From Gallionellaceae bacterium (lineage in GTDB: Bacteria > Pseudomonadota > Gammaproteobacteria > Burkholderiales > Gallionellaceae): 64,000 bases of DNA. The position numbers and the translations under genes were made by a program. This document shows, piece after piece, positions 44,714 to 55,941 of this stretch (its first letter is position 1; every line of letters starts with the position of its first letter). Under the pieces are notes generated by a model. The model saw only the letters and a list, made by a program, of their open reading frames with translations, was not told where the DNA came from and did no database searches. The stretch spans positions 2,124-66,123 of the forward strand of contig DATDDB010000094.1 of NCBI GenBank assembly GCA_036524005.1, written 5' to 3'.

Positions 44714-45877
44714 TCAGGGCGCAGGCTTAACCTTCGCCCCCGCCTTCACCCCGGGGCGATCGAGCGAAAGCACGATGCGGTCGCCCTCGCTCAGCCCCCC
44801 GGTGATTTCGGTCTGGTCCCAGTTGGCCAGGCCGGTTTGCACGGTGCGCTCTTCGAGCATGCCGTCGTTGCGGTAGTACAGCACCTTCTTGCCTTCGAGC
44901 AGGGTCTGGGTGGGTATGCGCAGCACGTTGTCGCGCTTGTCGTACACGATTTCGACGTCGGCGCTGTAGCCGATCAGCAGGTTCACGTTGTCAGGGATTG
45001 CCGCGAACTCGACTTCCACCTCGACCGTGCGCGCCTGTTTCTCGATTTCCATCACGTACGGCGCGATGCGCCTGACCTTGCCCGGAAACACCTTGCCCTT
45101 GATCGCGTCCAGCGTGATGCGCGCGGTTTGCCCCACCCTGACGTGCGAGGCATCCACTTCATCGATCGGCGCGCTGACATACATGCAGCTGTTGTCTATC
45201 AGGTCGATCGCGGGGAGCGTGGGTATGCCGGGCGGCGATGGCGTGGAAAATTCGCCCAGTTCGCCGCTGATGTCGGCCACCACGCCCGCGAACGGGGCGC
45301 GCAGGGTCATGCGCTCCAGTTCGGCGCGCGCCGCTTCGATGCGCGCGCGGCCCTGGTCTATCTGGCTGCGCGCAGACTCACAGCCCGCGCGCGCCACCTT
45401 GGCCGCGGAATCCTTCTGGTCCAGCCCCTCCGGAGAGATGAATCCCTGTGTCCGAAGCTGGTGCGCACGCACCGCCTCCTTCTCCGCCAGGTCGGCCTGG
45501 ATGCAGGCCTGCTGCATCTGGGTCTGTGCGGTCTTGAGCTGTTCCTGCGCCAGCCGGTCCTGCGCCTGCAAGTCCTCGCTCCACAGCCGCAGCAGCACCT
45601 GCCCCTTCTCCACGCGCTGCCCCTTCTTTACCAGCAACTGCGAAATCTTCCCGCCCGCGGACGGCGCCATCTTGGCGCGGCGGCAGGCCTTCACCGTGCC
45701 AGCACGGGTATTGTTCACCGTCGCCTCCACCGTGCCGCGCGCCACGGTCGTCAGCACAGCCTCCACCGGCGGCGTGCGCGTGGCAAACCCTATGGTGACC
45801 GCCGCCAGAACGATGACGCCTGCGGCAATCGCCACCTTGCGGGACAGCATGCGCTGGATGAGTTGCGGAACGGGCAT
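44714..45877 (-). CDS. Efflux periplasmic adaptor subunit (HlyD/MacA family)
   Basis: 387 aa, N-terminal TM helix, lipoyl/barrel-sandwich region, long coiled-coil hairpin and beta-barrel region. AGGAGA Shine-Dalgarno sequence. Confidence 0.85.
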   Translation of the reverse strand: MPVPQLIQRMLSRKVAIAAGVIVLAAVTIGFATRTPPVEAVLTTVARGTVEATVNNTRAGTVKACRRAKMAPSAGGKISQLLVKKGQRVEKGQVLLRLWSEDLQAQDRLAQEQLKTAQTQMQQACIQADLAEKEAVRAHQLRTQGFISPEGLDQKDSAAKVARAGCESARSQIDQGRARIEAARAELERMTLRAPFAGVVADISGELGEFSTPSPPGIPTLPAIDLIDNSCMYVSAPIDEVDASHVRVGQTARITLDAIKGKVFPGKVRRIAPYVMEIEKQARTVEVEVEFAAIPDNVNLLIGYSADVEIVYDKRDNVLRIPTQTLLEGKKVLYYRNDGMLEERTVQTGLANWDQTEITGGLSEGDRIVLSLDRPGVKAGAKVKPAP

Positions 45878-46018
45878 TCGATCTCCTGTTGGTGCGGGAT
45901 TGTTGTTGGTGAGATTGTTGTTGGCGCCAGGGTGATACTACTCCAAGGAGAGGGATGGGGGGAAGGTGGGGTTTCCTCGGTTTTTTGGGGTGAAGGGAGG
46001 CGAAGCCCCCGTGCCACC

Positions 46019-47071
46019 CTACGCCACGCCCTGTATCAAGTGCTCCAGGCGGCTGCGCCCCTGCGGCGTGGTCATGACCATCAGCACGTCGCCTTCGTGC
46101 AAGGCGTGGCTGGTTTCGGGATTGAATACCCAATGCTGACCTTGGCGCACGGCCAGCAATACGTAATGGCGGCTGGCAAGGTTCAGTACCGACAGCGGCT
46201 TGCCCGCGAATTCAGCCGGAATCGAAAATTCTTCCAGACGCAGGGAATCTTCGGTTTTCAGCATTTCGTCGAGGAACGAAACGACGTGCGGGCGCACCAT
46301 GGCCGACACGATGCGCAGGCCGCCGGTGAAGTCCGGCGAGACGATCTCGTCCGCCCCGGCCATGCGCGTCTTCTCGACGTTTTTCAGTTCATGGCAGCGC
46401 GCCACCACGCGCACGCCGGGGTTGAGCTGCTTGGCGCTGAGGCTGATCACCAGGTTCTGGCTGTCATCCGCCGCCACGGCGAAGATGCCGCGGGCGTGCA
46501 TGATGCCCGCCGCCAGCAGCACATCGTTGTCGGTGGCGTCCGCGTGCATATAGGGCTGTGCCGGGTGCTTCTCCAGAAACAATTCGAGGTGGGCCAGGTC
46601 GGAATCGATCACCACGCACTCGCGCCCGGTCGCCACCAGCTCCGCCGCCACATTGCTGCCGACGCGCCCCACGCCGCACACGATATAGTGGCCGCTCATT
46701 CTTGAAATTGCCTGCATCATTCTCTTTCTCCGCCATGCCTGGTTGATGTCGCTTTCCAATATCAATGCCGTGACGCTGGAGAACATATACGTCATGGTGC
46801 CGATGCCCAGCGTCGCGATGATTACCGTGAACAGCCTGCCCCCCGGATCATGCGAGAGATCCACGACCTCGTTGTAGCCTATGGTGGCCACGGTGATGAA
46901 GGTCATATAAAAGCAGTCCATCCAGGTGTACTGGGAGCCGCCGATGAGGCGGTACCCCACCGTGCCGATGAGCATGACCAGCGCCATGGCAAGCGCAGCC
47001 CAGAACAGGCTGCGGTAGGGGCGCAGGGGGGAGGATTCGACCAGCTTCATTGATCCCGCGTCCGGCTTCAC
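46019..47071 (-). CDS. Two-TM ion channel with RCK (TrkA-N/TrkA-C) domains, MthK/Kch-like
   Basis: 350 aa. Pore helix plus filter [12 protein letters not shown], Rossmann motif [13 protein letters not shown], and a C-terminal TrkA-C region. ATGA overlap with the def stop. Confidence 0.8.
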   Translation of the reverse strand: MKPDAGSMKLVESSPLRPYRSLFWAALAMALVMLIGTVGYRLIGGSQYTWMDCFYMTFITVATIGYNEVVDLSHDPGGRLFTVIIATLGIGTMTYMFSSVTALILESDINQAWRRKRMMQAISRMSGHYIVCGVGRVGSNVAAELVATGRECVVIDSDLAHLELFLEKHPAQPYMHADATDNDVLLAAGIMHARGIFAVAADDSQNLVISLSAKQLNPGVRVVARCHELKNVEKTRMAGADEIVSPDFTGGLRIVSAMVRPHVVSFLDEMLKTEDSLRLEEFSIPAEFAGKPLSVLNLASRHYVLLAVRQGQHWVFNPETSHALHEGDVLMVMTTPQGRSRLEHLIQGVA

Positions 47072-47601
47072 TCTTCAGGAATCTTGCGCTCCGGGAACAG
47101 CACGTCGTTGAACCCGAAGCACTTGAAATCGCGGATGCGCATCGGATAAAGAATGCCGTCCAGGTGGTCGCATTCATGCTGCACCACGCGCGCATGGAAG
47201 CCGCTGACCGTGCGGTCTATCGCATTGCCCTGCTCATCCAGGCCCTGATAGCGGATGGTCTTGTGGCGCGGCACCATGCCGCGCAGGCCGGGCACGCTGA
47301 GACAGCCCTCCCAGTCCTCCTCCATGTCGCCGCCGAACGGCGTGATGAACGGATTGATCAGCACGGTTTCGGGCACCAGCTCGGCATCGGGGTAGCGCGG
47401 GTTGGCTTCCACGCCAAATATCACCACCCGCAGGTTCACCCCGATCTGCGGCGCGGCGAGTCCCACGCCGTCGTGCTCAAACATGGTATCGCGCATGTCG
47501 GCCAGAAGCGCCTTCAGCTCCGGCGTGCCGAATGCGGTCACCGGCTCCGCCTGGCGCAGCAGGCGCGCATCCCCCATGCGCAATATCGTCCTACTCGCCA
47601 T
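47068..47601 (-). CDS. def: Peptide deformylase
   Basis: 177 aa with all three PDF motifs: [27 protein letters not shown]. Confidence 0.92.
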   Translation of the reverse strand: MASRTILRMGDARLLRQAEPVTAFGTPELKALLADMRDTMFEHDGVGLAAPQIGVNLRVVIFGVEANPRYPDAELVPETVLINPFITPFGGDMEEDWEGCLSVPGLRGMVPRHKTIRYQGLDEQGNAIDRTVSGFHARVVQHECDHLDGILYPMRIRDFKCFGFNDVLFPERKIPEE

Positions 47602-48352
47602 CGCTCGACACTCCTTCGAGTTCCACCAGATTCTCCAGCAGGCTGCGCACCTTTTCCATGGCGGGCGGAATGATCTCTGCCACGTCCTCCAGGCGCACCC
47701 CGTCCCGGCTGGAGCGGCGCCCGGCAGCGTCGTTCACCACCACCGCAATGGAGGCGTAGTCCAGCCCCAGTTCGCGCGCCAGCACCGCTTCCGGCATGCC
47801 GGACATGCCGACCATGTCGGCGCCGTCGCGCTCGTAACGGTTGATTTCGGCCTTGGTCTCCAGGCGCGGCCCTTGTGCCGCGGCATATACGCCGCCATCG
47901 CGGCAAGGCACGCCTGCGCGCTTGGCTGCCTCCAGGATCTGTAGGCGCAATGCCGGGGTATAGGGGTAGGTGAAGTCTATGTGCATCTCGGATCGCTCCA
48001 GCCCCTCAAAATAGGAGAAGTCGCGGCCATAGGTGTAATCAATGATCTGGTCCGGGATGACGATGACCCCGGGGGTGAATTCATCGCCGATGCCGCCCAC
48101 CGAAGTCACGGAAACCACGTGCGTGGCGCCGGCGTCGCGCAATACCGACATGTTGGCGCGGTAATTCACGCGGTGCGGCGGGATGGTATGTCCATAGCCG
48201 TGGCGTGCCAGGAAAACGACCTCCTGCTGCCGCAGCATGCCGAAGGTCAGCGCGCCGGAAGGCTCGCCATAGGGAGTGCGCATCACCTGCCGGTGGGTAA
48301 TTTCAAGATTGGCCAGGTTCGTCAGGCCGGTTCCGCCGATAATTGCCAACAT
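47591..48352 (-). CDS. mtnP: S-methyl-5'-thioadenosine/thioinosine phosphorylase (PNP family 2)
   Basis: 253 aa, [10 protein letters not shown]-terminus and MTAP-like blocks (FLARHG, VNYRAN, VTSVGG). Overlaps def by 11 nt. Confidence 0.85.
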   Translation of the reverse strand: MLAIIGGTGLTNLANLEITHRQVMRTPYGEPSGALTFGMLRQQEVVFLARHGYGHTIPPHRVNYRANMSVLRDAGATHVVSVTSVGGIGDEFTPGVIVIPDQIIDYTYGRDFSYFEGLERSEMHIDFTYPYTPALRLQILEAAKRAGVPCRDGGVYAAAQGPRLETKAEINRYERDGADMVGMSGMPEAVLARELGLDYASIAVVVNDAAGRRSSRDGVRLEDVAEIIPPAMEKVRSLLENLVELEGVSSDGE

Positions 48353-48398
48353 TTATGTATTGCCCGTAAGTTATCAGTAATGTTTCTTTTGGGCTAAT

Positions 48399-48422
48399 TG
48401 TAACCTGTGTAACCCGTGTTCG
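48399..48422 (+). promoter_or_regulatory. Three direct hexamer repeats upstream of mgtA (candidate response-regulator boxes)
   Basis: TGTAACctgTGTAACccgTGTTCG with a 9-nt period, about 100 nt upstream of the preferred mgtA start. The assigned function is an inference. Confidence 0.3.
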
Positions 48423-48523
48423 GCTGAGCCTTCATTACCATGGCATTCTGGCCGCGCCCGTATTATCATGCGCCGCCGCCATGCCTATCGCAGATGGCGG
48501 GAAAACCGGACCGGGAAAACGGC

Positions 48524-51288
<2,765 letters not shown>

Positions 51289-51289
<1 letters not shown>

Positions 51290-51951
51290 TGAAACTGCTG
51301 CTGGCAGAGGACGACGCCATCCTGAGAGACGGCCTGGTCCGCTCCCTGCAGCAGGCGGGCTATGCCGTGGACAGCACGGCGAACGGCGTGGATGCCAACC
51401 ACATGCTTGCGCTGCAGGGCTATGATCTCGTCATTCTCGACCTGGGCTTGCAGTCGCGCGACGGGCTGGAGGTGCTGGGCAAATTCAGGGTGCACAACAA
51501 GTCCACGCCGGTTTTGATCATCACCGCGCGCGATTCGGTTAACGACCGCGTCTCCGGCCTGGACCTGGGCGCCGACGATTACCTGACCAAGCCGTTCGAC
51601 CTGGCGGAATTCGAGGCGCGCGTGCGCGCCCTGCTGCGGCGCGGGGCGGGCACCTTGGGCAGCCAGTTGTCCATGGGCAACCTCAGGCTGGACCTGAACG
51701 GACGGCGCGCCTACCTGGCCGACGAAGCGCTGGATCTGTCCGCGCGCGAGCTGGGCGTGCTGGAAATCCTGATGCTGCGCGCGGGCCAGGTGGTGAACAA
51801 GGAGCAACTGGCGGAAAAGCTGACCAGTTGGGACGACGAAATCGGGGCAAACGCAATCGAGGTTTACGTGCACCGGCTCAGGAAAAAACTGGAGCATGCG
51901 GACATCTCGATCAAGACCGTCAGGGGCCTGGGCTACCTGCTGGAAAAATGA
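51289..51951 (+). CDS. OmpR-family response regulator (TctD/QseB-like)
   Basis: 220 aa, receiver domain (LVILDLGL, KPF) plus winged-helix domain. Its ATG overlaps the mgtA TAA (TAATG). Confidence 0.9.
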
Positions 51952-51991
51952 ATCCGCCCGCCGCGCGCAAACCGCACTCAACCGGACAACC

Positions 51992-53362
51992 ATGAGCCAT
52001 CCCGCCTCCCTGCAACGGCAATTGATCGGCTGGCTGCTGCTGCCCTTTCTGGCCATCTGGCTCACCGGCGGCTTCATGTCCTACATGATCGCGGTGCGCT
52101 TTGCCGACCTGGCCCATGACCGCGGCCTGTTCGATTCCGCGCTGACCCTGGCCAGCCAGGTGAGAAGCGAAAATGGCGCCATCCTCCTCAGCGATCCCGA
52201 AACGGCGCTGAAAATGATCGCGATCGACCCTTACGACAAGATCTATTTCAGAATCAGCGGCCCGGACCACAAAACGGTCGCGGGACAACCTGAATTGCCG
52301 GCGCCGCAGGCGGACGACATTCTGCCGGAAATGCCCTACTACAGCGACGGCTTCATGGAGGGGAGGCATGTGCGCATCGCCTCCATCTATCACACCATCC
52401 ACAGCGGGAAGCAGGGTGCGCTGGTGCTGGTGCAGGTGGCAGAAACATTGAAGAAACGCCGGGTGATGGCGAGCGAAATCCTGGCGAGTGTGGCGGTGCC
52501 GCAATTGCTGCTGATCTCCCTCGCCCTGGCATTGGGCTGGTTCGGCATCCGGCGCGGCCTCGCATCGCTGGAGCGCATCCAGAAAGAGGTGCGTAACCGC
52601 TCGCACCTGGATCTAAGCCCGTTGCAGGAGGAAAATGCGCCGCGCGAAGTAGGCGCTCTGGTGCACGCCCTCAATGAGCTGCTCCACCAGCTGCAGACGG
52701 CCATTTCGGCCCAGACGCGCTTCATCGCCAATGCGGCCCACCAGCTGCGCACGCCGCTGGCGGGCATCAAGACCCAGGCCGAATTCGCCCTGCGCCAGAG
52801 CGACCCGGAACTGATCAGGCATTCCCTGCAGCAACTGCACGCCAGCAACGACCGCACCATCCACCTGGTCAACCAGCTGCTGGCGCTGGCCCGAGCCGAG
52901 CCGGGGTGGGAAGCTCCGGTAACAACGCTGGACCTGGTGGCGGTAGCCAGCAAAACCACGAGCGAATGGGTTCCTGCCGCGCTGAAAAAGAACATCGACC
53001 TGGGGTTTGAAGCCGGGCTTGCTGCCGCCCTCTTCCCGGCCAACGAAATGCTGCTGCGCGAAATGCTGAACAACCTGATCGACAACGCCATCCGCTACAC
53101 CCAGCCGGACGGCGAAATCACCGTGCGCATCAGCCAGTCAGACCATCTGTTGACGCTGGCCGTGGAGGACAATGGCCCCGGCATTCCTCCTCCAGAGCAC
53201 GAGCGCGTGTTCGAGCGCTTCCACCGCGCGGCGTCACCCGAGGAAAACGGATGCGGACTGGGACTTGCCATCGTGCGCGAAATAGCGCATCTTCACCATG
53301 GCGAGGTTTACCTGGTGGATACGCCCAAAGGCGCGCTGTTCGAGGTGCGCCTGCCGCTGTGA
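51992..53362 (+). CDS. Sensor histidine kinase (TctE/2CSK_N-type)
   Basis: 456 aa from MSHPASLQRQLIGWLLLP. Two TM helices flank a periplasmic domain. H-box AAHQLRTPL, N-box NNLIDNAIRYT, G-boxes DNGPGIP and GCGLGLAIV. Confidence 0.9.
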   Translation: MSHPASLQRQLIGWLLLPFLAIWLTGGFMSYMIAVRFADLAHDRGLFDSALTLASQVRSENGAILLSDPETALKMIAIDPYDKIYFRISGPDHKTVAGQPELPAPQADDILPEMPYYSDGFMEGRHVRIASIYHTIHSGKQGALVLVQVAETLKKRRVMASEILASVAVPQLLLISLALALGWFGIRRGLASLERIQKEVRNRSHLDLSPLQEENAPREVGALVHALNELLHQLQTAISAQTRFIANAAHQLRTPLAGIKTQAEFALRQSDPELIRHSLQQLHASNDRTIHLVNQLLALARAEPGWEAPVTTLDLVAVASKTTSEWVPAALKKNIDLGFEAGLAAALFPANEMLLREMLNNLIDNAIRYTQPDGEITVRISQSDHLLTLAVEDNGPGIPPPEHERVFERFHRAASPEENGCGLGLAIVREIAHLHHGEVYLVDTPKGALFEVRLPL

Positions 53363-53406
53363 CGGGCATGTCCGCCCCATGAAATCAAACAGGTGGAGTT
53401 GCAGCA

Positions 53407-54087
53407 ATGATAGAACTGAGCCAAGTCAGCCGGATGTTCACCGTGGGCGACCAGCAGGTGGCCGCGCTGCGCGGCATTGATCTGCACATCGCTGCGGGCG
53501 ATTATGTCTCGGTCATGGGTCCTTCCGGCTCCGGAAAATCCACTCTGCTCAATCTCATCGGCCTGCTCGACCGCCCCACTTCCGGCACCTACAAGCTGGA
53601 TGGCGGCAATGTCACCTCGCTGAACGACGTGCAGCAGGCGCGCGTGCGCAGCGAAAAAATCGGCTTCGTGTTCCAGGCATTCCACCTGGTGCCCCGCCTC
53701 ACCGCCGCGATGAACATCGAGCTGCCGATGATACTGGCCGGCGTGCCCGTATCCGAACGCAAGACGCGCGTGGAGAAACTGCTGGAGAATTACGGTCTGA
53801 AGGAACGCGCCGACCACCGCCCGGACCAGCTCTCCGGCGGACAGCGCCAGCGCGTGGCGATTGCGCGCGCCACCAGCATGAACCCCGCCGTGCTGCTGGC
53901 CGACGAGCCAACCGGCAACCTGGACCAGACCACCGGCAAGGAAGTGCTGAACCTGCTGGAGCAACTGGTGAAACAAGGCGTGACCCTCATCATGGTGACA
54001 CATGACCCGGCGATCGGCGGGCGCGCCGCGCGCCAGATCCACATGGTGGACGGCGAGATCATCAACGAGACGAGGCGCGGTCCTTGA
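53407..54087 (+). CDS. ABC transporter ATP-binding protein (MacB/LolD family)
   Basis: 226 aa, Walker A GPSGSGKST, signature LSGGQRQRVAIARA, Walker B LLADEPTGNLD. Confidence 0.93.
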   Translation: MIELSQVSRMFTVGDQQVAALRGIDLHIAAGDYVSVMGPSGSGKSTLLNLIGLLDRPTSGTYKLDGGNVTSLNDVQQARVRSEKIGFVFQAFHLVPRLTAAMNIELPMILAGVPVSERKTRVEKLLENYGLKERADHRPDQLSGGQRQRVAIARATSMNPAVLLADEPTGNLDQTTGKEVLNLLEQLVKQGVTLIMVTHDPAIGGRAARQIHMVDGEIINETRRGP

Positions 54088-55292
54088 GAATTTCCGACAT
54101 CGCCCATTTCGCCACCGGCAGCCTGCGCGGCAGCCCGGCGCGCACGCTGTTGATGATGCTGGCCATGTCCATCGGCGTGGCGGCAGTGGTGGTGCTGACG
54201 GCGCTGGGCGAAGGCGCGCGCCGCTACGTGGTTGACCAGTTCTCCTCTCTGGGCACCAACCTGGTGATCGTGCTGCCGGGGCGCACCGAGACGGCGGGCA
54301 TCAGTCCGGGCATGCTGGTGGGGCAGGTTCCGCGCGAGATCACGCTGGATGATGCGGAAGCCATTCTGCGCAGCCCGGCCGTCAAGCGCGTTGCGCCGCT
54401 TACCATAGGCTCGGCCACGCTTTCGCGCAATGGCTTGAACCGCGAGGTGGTGGTGGCCGGCTCCACTGCCGACATGCTGGAGGTGCGCCACATGGGCATG
54501 GGCAGCGGCAACTTCCTGCCGTCAGGCGACATTCACGACAGCTCCCCGGTATGCGTGCTGGGCGACCAGATGCGGCGCGACCTGTTCGGCAACGAGCGCG
54601 CCGTGGGGCAATGGGTGCGCCTGGGCGACCGGCGCTTCCGCGTGATCGGCGTGCTGGCCGCGCAGGGTGAATCCATGGGCATGCGCACCGACGAACTGGT
54701 GATCATCCCGGTGGCCTCCGCGCACCAGCTGTTCAACACCTCCGGTCTGTTCCGCATCCTGGTGGAAGCGAAGAACCGCGAATCCATACCGCTGGCCCAG
54801 CACGATGCCGAACAGATCATGTTCCAGCGCCACAGCGGCGAGAAGGACGTGACGGTGATCACCCAGGACGCCGTGCTCGCCACCTTCGACCGGATATTGA
54901 CTGCGCTTACCATGGCGGTAGGCGGCATCGCTGCCATCAGTCTCGCCGTGGCGGGCGTGCTGATCATGAATGTGATGCTGATCGCCGTGGCGCAGCGCGT
55001 GAAGGAGATCGGCCTGCTCAAGGCGCTGGGCGCGCCGGGCCGCCAGATACGCAACCTGTTTTTTGCCGAGGCGGCGCTGCTCTCCGGCATAGGCGCCATG
55101 GCAGGACTGATCATGGGCTATGCGGGCAGCTTTTTCATCCGCCAGATCTACCCCAGCATTCCCGCCTCCCCCCCATGGTGGGCGGTGCTCGCGGCCTGCG
55201 GCACAGCGCTTGGCACGGGAATACTTTTCAGCGTGTGGCCCGCACGCCGCGCCGCGCGGCTCGATCCGGTGACGGCGCTGGCGGGGAGGTGA
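54084..55292 (+). CDS. ABC transporter permease (MacB_PCD plus FtsX domains)
   Basis: 402 aa, four-TM FtsX topology with a large periplasmic domain. 4-nt overlap with the ATPase gene. Confidence 0.9.
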   Translation: MRISDIAHFATGSLRGSPARTLLMMLAMSIGVAAVVVLTALGEGARRYVVDQFSSLGTNLVIVLPGRTETAGISPGMLVGQVPREITLDDAEAILRSPAVKRVAPLTIGSATLSRNGLNREVVVAGSTADMLEVRHMGMGSGNFLPSGDIHDSSPVCVLGDQMRRDLFGNERAVGQWVRLGDRRFRVIGVLAAQGESMGMRTDELVIIPVASAHQLFNTSGLFRILVEAKNRESIPLAQHDAEQIMFQRHSGEKDVTVITQDAVLATFDRILTALTMAVGGIAAISLAVAGVLIMNVMLIAVAQRVKEIGLLKALGAPGRQIRNLFFAEAALLSGIGAMAGLIMGYAGSFFIRQIYPSIPASPPWWAVLAACGTALGTGILFSVWPARRAARLDPVTALAGR

Positions 55293-55342
55293 TTGATATG
55301 TCTTTTACATTCAGGTCCGGCTGCTCCCTTCAATTTGTGCCG

Positions 55343-55404
55343 GGGGTTGTACCCGCAAGGGGTACGCCGTGGTTGTATGGGGCTAAAGCCCCAACAACAC
55401 ACGC
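55343..55404 (+). repeat. REP-like 62-nt double-hairpin module (copy B)
   Basis: Reverse complement of 44613-44674. Hairpin 1 is gtaccc-gcaag-gggtac. Hairpin 2 is gtggttgtatggggc-taaa-gccccaacaacacac, with two single-nt bulges. Confidence 0.85.
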
Positions 55405-55416
55405 TGCCCGGCGGCA

Positions 55417-55880
55417 AGTTACTTTTCTTGTCTTGCCAAGAAAAGTAACCAAAAGAAGTCGCCCCCGGTGCGCCATCCCTGCGGGATACCCTGCGTTGCT
55501 CGGCCGGTCAGGCCTCCTCATAAACTCGCACGACCGGCTGCGCCGACACGTGCTCGAACATATTCGGAGGAATTCCCCTGCCCAGCCTGTGCTACTCGTT
55601 GGCGCACAGGGGAAGGAGCAGCCAGCAATCCCGTTGGGCAAACAGCCCAAATGTAACAACGAAGCTCCCCTTCCCTTCTGCGCCACTAAAGGTTGGGTGA
55701 ATCTATCGGGAGGTTTGGGCGAGCACTGTTCGAGCTCCGCAGCGGGGCGCGGGGTGTGCGCCCCGCCAGGGCGAGTTGCGCAGCCCCCGATGGATGCATC
55801 CAACCGAAGGCAGCCGCAGGCTGGCGCAGCAGGGCGTGCTTTCTTTGATTACTTTCTTTACACGAGTAAAGAAAGTAATC
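55417..55880. mobile_element. 464-nt non-coding foldback (MITE-like) element between the two permease genes
   Basis: The left end is a perfect 13-bp hairpin, gttacttttcttg/caagaaaagtaac (55417-55448). The right end is a perfect 14-bp hairpin, gattactttcttta/taaagaaagtaatc (55847-55880). The two ends are related inverted repeats (about 16 of 22 over arm plus tail). The interior halves are imperfect reverse complements of each other. There is no credible ORF. Confidence 0.6.
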
Positions 55881-55941
55881 GGCATGCGGGGCCGCCCCCC
55901 GCGCCCATCCACGAATACCGCCAGCACCCAAGGGAATAAAC

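Noticed and set aside
45940-46012. G-run-rich stretch (gggatggggggaaggtgggg...ttggggtgaaggg) that could form a G-quadruplex between the channel gene stop and the adaptor-gene leader
   Set aside because: One loop would need to be about 15 nt, and such runs are expected by chance in GC-rich intergenic DNA. There is no supporting feature.
55175-55939. 254-aa plus-strand and 157-aa minus-strand ORFs spanning the gap between the permease genes
   Set aside because: They read through REP and foldback repeats. The plus-strand ORF starts inside the permease-1 gene out of frame. They have no Shine-Dalgarno sequence and no domains, and the peptides (..FLVLPRKVTKRSRP.., ..CCWGFSPIQPRRTPCG..) are simply translated repeat sequence. 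The latter peptide also appears at the other REP copy.
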